Part shown: in pieces, positions 1 to 4,760 of the stretch | Layout of the letters: each line of letters starts with the position of its first letter | Position numbering within the stretch: the first letter of the stretch is position 1 | Notes under the pieces: model-generated | Database searches by the model: none | Told to the model about the DNA's origin: nothing | Seen by the model: only the letters and a program-made list of their open reading frames with translations | Translations under genes and position numbers: made by a program | Virus record (IMG/VR): IMGVR_UViG_3300045988_124991 | DNA: 17,493 bases | Direction: 5' to 3' (one strand) | From: a virus

Positions 1-1
1 C

Positions 2-607
2 ATGAATGGAATTACGAATTGGTTTCAAAACATCGACATGGGTGACCCGAACTGGGTCATGGCGATTTGCGCAATATTGACAATCATCGGTGGGGCGGGC
101 GCGTTCATCGTCAAAAAACTTATTGGCCTCGTTAGCAAAGCGTCCCGGAAGGAAACACCAGCGGAAGGGCCTGCGACGCCAATCACGAATGACGAAATAG
201 ACGCCATGTTTCCAGCAACAACGCCGGCAACTCGCAAGCCACCCATGCCGCCCATGCCGCCCAAGTTCAGAATCGACATCGACGAAAGCGGGTCGCGCTT
301 CGTCCTTACCAACATCGGAGGCCCCGCGCGCAACATCTCCGTGTTTGCCGAAGCGGTCGAGGGAACCTACACGAACACATGGAACAACTATCTCGGAAGA
401 ACCGATAGCGAACCATGGGGGCTGCCCGACGTCCACTTCTTCAACATTGAACTGCCGAAACTGCGAGAGGAACGTCAACAAGGCGGCACCGCGTTCTTTG
501 ACGGACACGTGGAGGACGGGGACGGCAAAGCCCATTACCCCATCAAATTCACCATCGTCTGGGACGGATGCCCTGAACCCGTGGAGATCATTAAAACCAT
601 CAACTAA
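2..607 (+). CDS. Membrane-anchored protein of unknown function (candidate prophage-expressed exclusion/defence protein)
   Basis: 201 aa. It has one hydrophobic helix (WVMAICAILTIIGGAGAFIV) followed by KK..K.SRK, which suggests positive-inside topology. A Pro-rich linker (TRKPPMPPMPPK) and a ~110-aa C-terminal domain follow. Visibly lower GC than the structural genes. The strand is opposite to its neighbours. A TAGATT hexamer lies 7 nt upstream of the ATG (17363-17368). Confidence 0.7.
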   Translation: MNGITNWFQNIDMGDPNWVMAICAILTIIGGAGAFIVKKLIGLVSKASRKETPAEGPATPITNDEIDAMFPATTPATRKPPMPPMPPKFRIDIDESGSRFVLTNIGGPARNISVFAEAVEGTYTNTWNNYLGRTDSEPWGLPDVHFFNIELPKLREERQQGGTAFFDGHVEDGDGKAHYPIKFTIVWDGCPEPVEIIKTIN

Positions 608-800
608 CATCCGGGGCCTCCGTAATCCGGCCCGACAGCGCTTCGCCAAGCTCGTCGCGCAACGCTTCGGCCTCGGAACGATCCAGAGGAACAACGAGGT
701 TCCCCACAGAACCGGCACGAGAGAACTCGACGAAGAACACATCATGGCAATGCGCCAGACGGCTCACATGCACCGACACACGTTCCACGCCAGCCATCAC
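600..800 (-). CDS. Hypothetical small protein (66 aa), co-transcribed with the cro-like XRE gene
   Basis: The start overlaps the upstream stop (GTGATG context at 795-800). Moderate GC3. The sequence pattern resembles the 64-aa product of 16829..17023. Confidence 0.5.
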   Translation of the reverse strand: MMAGVERVSVHVSRLAHCHDVFFVEFSRAGSVGNLVVPLDRSEAEALRDELGEALSGRITEAPDVS

Positions 801-1003
801 GCCACCTCCAATGGCTCTCGGCCAAGCACGAAATCGGTGGAAACGTCGAAGAAGTCGGCTATACGCGACACGTCACGCAACGTGAAATTTGAGCGGCCAT
901 GGAATTTGTCGCTGATGGCCTGCTCGGAGACGCCCAACTCATGCGCCAGATCGCGCTGTGTGACGTAATTGTCTCTCATGAGTTTTCTTATCTGACTAAT
1001 CAT
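797..1003 (-). CDS. XRE-family helix-turn-helix regulator (cro-like, heads the leftward/lytic transcription direction)
   Basis: 68 aa with a typical XRE HTH (VTQRDLAHELGVSEQAISDKFHGRSNFTLRDVSRIADFFDVS). Divergent from the second XRE gene across an AT-rich 100-bp region. An alternative ATG lies at 979. Confidence 0.8.
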   Translation of the reverse strand: MISQIRKLMRDNYVTQRDLAHELGVSEQAISDKFHGRSNFTLRDVSRIADFFDVSTDFVLGREPLEVA

Positions 1004-1111
1004 TTAAAAACTTTCAGACTAAAGATTTGATGAAGTTCTAGACCAAAGATTAACCATATGACGTAGCCAACACGCCGAGTACTACGCTAAAACCGTAGTA
1101 AAATGAATTTC
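1004..1111. promoter_or_regulatory. Divergent promoter/operator region of the genetic switch
   Basis: AT-rich intergenic region between divergent XRE genes. It holds the direct repeat AGACYAAAGATT at 1016-1027 and 1040-1051, the palindrome tactacg-N7-cgtagta at 1080-1100, and TAAAAT at 1099-1104. Confidence 0.65.
1099..1104 (+). promoter_or_regulatory. Candidate -10 hexamer (TAAAAT) for a leaderless repressor transcript
   Basis: TANNNT, then a 7-nt spacer (gaatttc), then the in-frame ATG at 1112. There is no SD upstream of either 1103 or 1112. Confidence 0.45.
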
Positions 1112-1528
1112 ATGACAATGCTAGATATTCAGCCGAGCGCTACATTGCGCAGGCAGGACGTTGTTGCGATGAATACGAACATGATCTTGTCCAACAGCGG
1201 TTTAATGAAGAAGGACCTTGCTAAGGCAATGGGGCTCTCGCCGCAATCGATGGCGTCGAGGCTTCAGAGCAAGGCCGATTGGACCATTGACGAAACTTGC
1301 GCGGCGGCCGATTTCTTCGGCGTCCCGTTGATGGCTTTGCTGGATGAGAACTTAACGCCAGCAAAAGCCATGGAATATATAAAAAACCGCCGTTCCGATA
1401 ATGGGAACGACGGTCAATTGGTAGCGGGGCATGGATTTGAACCATGGACCTCTGGTAACGTCGTTGCCCAGAGGTCCACGGTTCAAATCCATGAAGCCCG
1501 ATTATTTGATTTTATCCTAGCGGCGTAA
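1112..1528 (+). CDS. XRE-family HTH repressor-like protein (cI-like), phage-encoded form ending ...FDFILAA; its 3' end contains the attP core
   Basis: HTH LMKKDLAKAMGLSPQSMASRLQSKADWTIDETCAAADFFGVPL. The ORF track starts at 1103; 1112 is preferred because of the TAAAAT-N7-ATG geometry. Codons from 1418 onward run through the tRNA-fragment core and the inverted repeat. Confidence 0.75.
   Translation: MTMLDIQPSATLRRQDVVAMNTNMILSNSGLMKKDLAKAMGLSPQSMASRLQSKADWTIDETCAAADFFGVPLMALLDENLTPAKAMEYIKNRRSDNGNDGQLVAGHGFEPWTSGNVVAQRSTVQIHEARLFDFILAA
1419..1455 (-). other. attP core: 3'-terminal fragment of a tRNA (variable-loop/T-arm/acceptor/CCA), not a complete tRNA gene
   Basis: The minus strand reads CCAGAGGTC-CATGG-TTCAAAT-CCATG-CCCCGCT-A-CCA. 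This is a perfect 5-bp T-stem, a GGTTCAAATCC T-loop, a 7-nt acceptor strand, a discriminator A and CCA. No matching 5' acceptor, D-arm or anticodon arm follows. It lies 92 bp upstream of int. Confidence 0.75.
1430..1493. repeat. 26-bp inverted repeat (25/26 match) with 12-nt spacer, built from the tRNA T-arm sequence
   Basis: The left arm 1430-1455 (catggatttgaaccatggacctctgg) is the reverse complement of the right arm 1468-1493 (ccagaggtccacggttcaaatccatg), apart from 1444/1479. The spacer is taacgtcgttgc. A U-rich tract (gattatttgatttt) follows. Confidence 0.9.
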
Positions 1529-1546
1529 TGCCGCCGGCCGCCAAGG

Positions 1547-2386
1547 ATGCCGGCCGTGAGTATGCACAAAAAGCTGCCCCCTGCTCAGTGGCGGGACGAA
1601 ATCACCCTATGGCTCGAATCGCTCACGGCGGCGGGCCTCAGTCAGGACACCGTCAACACGCGGCGGTGCAAGATAGGCCACGCGGCGCGGTGCCTGGATA
1701 AATCGCCCTATGACGTGACGTCGGAGGATCTAGTGCATTGGACCGCCTCGCAATCATGGAAGGCGGAGACGCGCAAGGGCTACCGAAACACGCTCGTCGG
1801 TTTTTTCCGGTGGCTGCATGCCACGGGCCGGCGCGCGGACGATCCGGCCGCCGTGCTGCCGAAGGTGCGCAAGACGCGGCCGCATCCCCGCCCGTGCCCC
1901 GACGTGCACATATACGCTGCCATGTGCGCTGCGAACGATGTGGAACGGCTCATGCTGCGCCTCGGTGCCGAAGCCGGGTTGAGACTGTCCGAAATCGCGG
2001 CCGTCCACTCGCGCGACGTGCTGGAAGGCGACGCCGGCCCGTCGCTGATAGTGCGGGGCAAGGGCGACAAACAGCGCATAGTGCCCATAAGCGAAGACCT
2101 GGCGAAGCGGATAACGGCCGCGCCCGGTTGGCTGTTCCCCGGCCGGTGGCGGGGACACGTCGAAAAATCGTATGTGTCCCGCCACCTCACACGGCTGCTG
2201 CCGGACGGTTGGGGGCCGCACTCGCTGCGCCACCGGTACGCCACGCGCATGTACGAGACCACGCACGATCTGCTGCTGGTCTCGAAACTGCTGGGACATA
2301 GCAGCGTGGAGACCACGCAAATCTACGTGGCGATGCCGGACAGCCGTCTGCGCGTCGGTCTGGACGCGGTGACGTTGGCCGGCTAG
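1547..2386 (+). CDS. int: Tyrosine recombinase / phage integrase (short, XerC/D-like, no obvious arm-binding N-domain)
   Basis: 279 aa with catalytic-type motifs: AEAGLRLSEI (box I Arg), HSLRHRYAT (H-x-x-R) and LGHSSVETTQIYV (His/Tyr). Adjacent to attP. An alternative ATG lies at 1562. Confidence 0.9.
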   Translation: MPAVSMHKKLPPAQWRDEITLWLESLTAAGLSQDTVNTRRCKIGHAARCLDKSPYDVTSEDLVHWTASQSWKAETRKGYRNTLVGFFRWLHATGRRADDPAAVLPKVRKTRPHPRPCPDVHIYAAMCAANDVERLMLRLGAEAGLRLSEIAAVHSRDVLEGDAGPSLIVRGKGDKQRIVPISEDLAKRITAAPGWLFPGRWRGHVEKSYVSRHLTRLLPDGWGPHSLRHRYATRMYETTHDLLLVSKLLGHSSVETTQIYVAMPDSRLRVGLDAVTLAG

Positions 2387-2646
2387 GCCGCGTGCTGCGC
2401 GCGCGACTTGGGTGTGATGGGGTTGTCCTTCCACCACGCCCACAGCGCGGCGCCCACGTTCCACACGAGCGCGACGAGCTGGTTAACCGTCTCGTCGGCG
2501 ATGGGGATGGTATCGACGCCGAACATGACCAGGCAGGCGTTAATCAAGCCGAGCAGCAGCACGGCCGCGCGGGCGATGGTCGCACCGCTGACGCCTGGCG
2601 TACGCGGGTCGCCGCCTTCCACCTGTTCCTCTCCGTAATCCATCAT
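2383..2646 (-). CDS. Holin (two predicted TM helices; WWKDNPIT motif like phi-LC3/LL-H-type holins)
   Basis: 87 aa. TM segments are AAVLLLGLINACLVMFG and LVALVWNVGAALWAWW, followed by KDNPITPKS. The ATGA overlap with the amidase stop places it immediately downstream of the endolysin. Confidence 0.75.
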   Translation of the reverse strand: MMDYGEEQVEGGDPRTPGVSGATIARAAVLLLGLINACLVMFGVDTIPIADETVNQLVALVWNVGAALWAWWKDNPITPKSRAQHAA

Positions 2647-3521
2647 GCCTCCTTGTTCGTGAGCGTCACCGTGAGGTTCTTCAGCGCCGCGTTGACGGCC
2701 TCGCTCACGGTCTTGGTGATGTCGGATGGGTTCGCGCCCACCGATTTCGCCAGAGCTTCCAGCGCGGCCGTCTGGGCCTTCTCATACGCGGTGGTCTTAG
2801 CCTGCACGTAACCGCTGATCTGATCGGCGCGGGCGGCCCACGGGGCCTTCTTGCTGGAATGGATCAGCTTCACGCCAGCGTCCTCCAGCACCTTCATCTG
2901 GTCGGGATGCCCCAAACCGATGCGGCCTGTCTCCGGGCTCCAGTAATAGACCACGCCGGTGTCGTCGTCGCGGATCATAAGCGCGCAACTCATGTCTGTT
3001 CCTCCTTGGTTGTTCAGAATCTGATTCGCCCTGTTGATGACGCGGGCCACGTCCAGGCCGTTCACGGCCCTATCGGGGCAGCCGGCGTGATCCGTGCCGG
3101 GCACCTCGCGGTGCAGCACGATATTGCCGGTGCGGTTGCCGGTCTCGTCGTGCCACAGCTTCGTCCACCCGTAACGGCGGGCGATATCCGCGCAGAGCTG
3201 CGCGGACGCCTCATATTCGGCGTCGGTCGGCGCGATGCCGGCGATACCGCCGGCGTGCTCGATGCTGATGCCTGAGCAGTCGCTGGCCATGTTCGCGTCG
3301 CACCAGGCACCATTGATCTCGTCAACCCACTGGTAGACGGTGCCGTCTGTGCCGACGCCGTAGGTGCTGGACGCCCGGTAGCTGGATCGCTGGAACACGG
3401 TATCCGTGCCCTGGAGCGAGCCGACCATGATGTGCAGCGTGATGTGCGTCACCTTGTAGCCGTTGCGGCCTTGATAGTGGTTCGGGCTGCCGCGCCACAC
3501 GGCCTTCGCGTATCCGACCAT
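2643..3521 (-). CDS. Endolysin, N-acetylmuramoyl-L-alanine amidase (amidase_2/PGRP-type) with C-terminal extension
   Basis: 292 aa. The N-terminal ~170 aa carry amidase_2-like motifs (ITLHIMVG..., SIEHAGG, VLHREVPGTDHAGCPD). Strong SD GGAAGGAG upstream of the ATG at 3521. Confidence 0.85.
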   Translation of the reverse strand: MVGYAKAVWRGSPNHYQGRNGYKVTHITLHIMVGSLQGTDTVFQRSSYRASSTYGVGTDGTVYQWVDEINGAWCDANMASDCSGISIEHAGGIAGIAPTDAEYEASAQLCADIARRYGWTKLWHDETGNRTGNIVLHREVPGTDHAGCPDRAVNGLDVARVINRANQILNNQGGTDMSCALMIRDDDTGVVYYWSPETGRIGLGHPDQMKVLEDAGVKLIHSSKKAPWAARADQISGYVQAKTTAYEKAQTAALEALAKSVGANPSDITKTVSEAVNAALKNLTVTLTNKEA

Positions 3522-3536
3522 GTTTCTCTCCTTCCG

Positions 3537-3776
3537 TCAGTCGTCGTGGTCGAAAAGGTTTTCAGGGGGTTCGGGCGGCGGTGGCCCCAATCCCTTGTAG
3601 ATGTGGTCAACCAGCTGTCGGTTCCATTGCCACAGCAGCGCGTTGTCGGCCTGCATCTGCTGCGCGAGCCGGTACGCTTCCATACGGTCGCGTGCCGCCG
3701 TCACGAGCTGCTGCGCGAACGCGCCGGCGACGACGCCGACAGCGCCGACTATTGCGATGATTACGTTCTCGGTCAT
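3537..3776 (-). CDS. Small membrane-anchored protein in the lysis cassette (possible second holin / lysis accessory)
   Basis: 79 aa. N-terminal hydrophobic helix (VIIAIVGAVGVVAGAFA), then a helical region and a Pro-rich acidic tail. Strong SD AAGGAG 3-4 nt upstream of the ATG. Directly upstream of the endolysin. Confidence 0.6.
   Translation of the reverse strand: MTENVIIAIVGAVGVVAGAFAQQLVTAARDRMEAYRLAQQMQADNALLWQWNRQLVDHIYKGLGPPPPEPPENLFDHDD
3762..3767 (+). promoter_or_regulatory. Candidate -10 hexamer (TACGTT) for a leaderless antisense transcript
   Basis: TANNNT, then a 7-nt spacer (ctcggtc), then ATG at 3775. The geometry is identical to 1099 and 17363. Confidence 0.35.
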
Positions 3777-4074
3777 GATCTCCTTTCATCGGGGGTGTGG
3801 TTCACAGGGTTATGAGTCCGGCACGTTCAGCGGACAGACGAACGGCGACGCCGTGGCGGAAATCTCGTGGAAGTCCCACACGACCAAACCGGCGGGCATG
3901 GTCGTCACGAGACTGCGAATCGACAACCAATCCGACGATTCCACGGTGTACATAGTGCCTTACCTGTGGTCCCTGCGACCCGGTTCGGCATGGGTGCGGT
4001 TCCGCAACAACCTCATGAACACGTGGGCCACGACGTACCCGGTGAGTTTCTGCTGGTTCGCCTGGTGGGACTAG
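3775..4074 (+). CDS. Hypothetical 99-aa protein encoded antisense to the late operon, between tail-tip and lysis genes (moron-like)
   Basis: This is the only frame open across 3786-4070. By my hand count, third-codon-position GC is ~85-89% from ~3817 to 4070. The phase-sharing minus frame is broken by TAA at 3960-3962 and 3810-3812. Alternative starts are GTG 3853 and ATG 3898. The stop shares CTAG with the convergent tail gene. Confidence 0.4.
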   Translation: MISFHRGCGSQGYESGTFSGQTNGDAVAEISWKSHTTKPAGMVVTRLRIDNQSDDSTVYIVPYLWSLRPGSAWVRFRNNLMNTWATTYPVSFCWFAWWD

Positions 4075-4760
4075 GCGAACGTCACGCCGGCCGGTATCGG
4101 CAGCGTTCGCGGCGTGTGCAGGCACCTGTCGTTGACCGCCATGCCGCCGATTACCGAAACGCTGCCGTCGGTGTTCCACTTCGCCTGTTTCGCGAAGTTG
4201 CTGCCGGGAATGGACCAGAGACAGCCGAGACTCACGGCCCTGGATGGCTTCGGCCCTGATGCGTAGTGGAAGACCGGGAAACCGGCCGACAGCGACACGG
4301 TGCTTTTGAAGCCGCTCAGATGCACGTGCAGCAGGCGGTTGGCCCTGTCCACGACGATTTCCATTCCGCCGCCGTAGGAGTCCGGCTGGAAACTGCCGGT
4401 GTTCTGCCAGGTGAATTTCGCGGACTCATAACCCTGTGTCAGTTGGTTCCGCAGACTGTCAAGCATGGCGCCGGTCGCGTAAGGGAGCCACGCGGTGCCG
4501 TTGTAGTAGTACGGGCCGTTGTTCGCGGTCGTCGTGTCGGCGGTCACGTAGCCGGTCTGGCCTGTCACGCCGGTTTGCGCCGCCAATGCCTCGAGCGTGG
4601 TAGCGATGACGGGTTTCACGCCGGCGGGCGTGTTTCGTGAATCAACCTCGGTCAATGCGGTTTCGATGCCCTCGGCCATGGTCTTGAACTGTGCTGGCGC
4701 GCTTGACACGAGGTCGTCGGCCTCGATGTAGGGCAGGCCGTAGATCGGTGTGGTTTTCAT
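4071..4760 (-). CDS. Minor tail protein / candidate receptor-binding (tail fibre-like) protein
   Basis: 229 aa. The N-terminus MKTTPIYGLPYIEADDLV is a motif I recognise from actinophage minor tail/fibre proteins. SD GGAGGAA upstream. ATGA overlap with the preceding tail gene. It is the last gene of the tail module. Confidence 0.65.
   Translation of the reverse strand: MKTTPIYGLPYIEADDLVSSAPAQFKTMAEGIETALTEVDSRNTPAGVKPVIATTLEALAAQTGVTGQTGYVTADTTTANNGPYYYNGTAWLPYATGAMLDSLRNQLTQGYESAKFTWQNTGSFQPDSYGGGMEIVVDRANRLLHVHLSGFKSTVSLSAGFPVFHYASGPKPSRAVSLGCLWSIPGSNFAKQAKWNTDGSVSVIGGMAVNDRCLHTPRTLPIPAGVTFA

Noticed and set aside
1-119. The 119-bp terminal repeat as a physical direct terminal repeat of the virion DNA
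   Set aside because: An exact end overlap of this length is what assemblers produce for circular or concatemeric templates. The HNH-terS-terL arrangement suggests cohesive ends instead. Sequence alone cannot distinguish the two, so I report it only as evidence of circular closure.
345-968. The 207-aa plus-strand ORF crossing the membrane-protein gene end, the 66-aa gene and the XRE gene
   Set aside because: It overlaps three better-supported genes, including a clear XRE HTH on the other strand, and has Ser/Thr/Arg/Asn-rich composition with no recognisable domain.
1419-1495. A complete tRNA gene on the minus strand (or plus strand via the right arm)
   Set aside because: Only the 3' portion (variable loop, T-arm, acceptor strand, CCA) is tRNA-like. 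The upstream sequence is the inverted-repeat partner and has no D-arm, anticodon arm or complementary 5' acceptor strand. The plus-strand copy has a mismatched T-stem and no CCA. I interpret it as the attP core rather than a gene.
2366-2386. The integrase C-terminus (...AVTLAG) as a second ssrA-like degradation tag, as in integration-dependent-immunity phages
   Set aside because: LAG is only loosely similar to LAA, and I cannot support tag function from sequence. I mention it only as something to test alongside the repressor tag.
1738-2464. Several 66-236-aa ORFs in other frames within the integrase gene
   Set aside because: The integrase frame carries the full set of tyrosine-recombinase motifs. 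The others are Arg/Ala/Pro-rich shadows.
3810-3953. A 47-aa minus-strand ORF (MYTVESSDWLSIRSLVTT...) as the gene occupying the tail/lysis gap
   Set aside because: It explains only half of the region showing codon-phase GC bias and leaves 3954-4070 unexplained. The plus frame is open across the whole region. I keep it as the main alternative to the plus-strand ORF rather than as a called feature.
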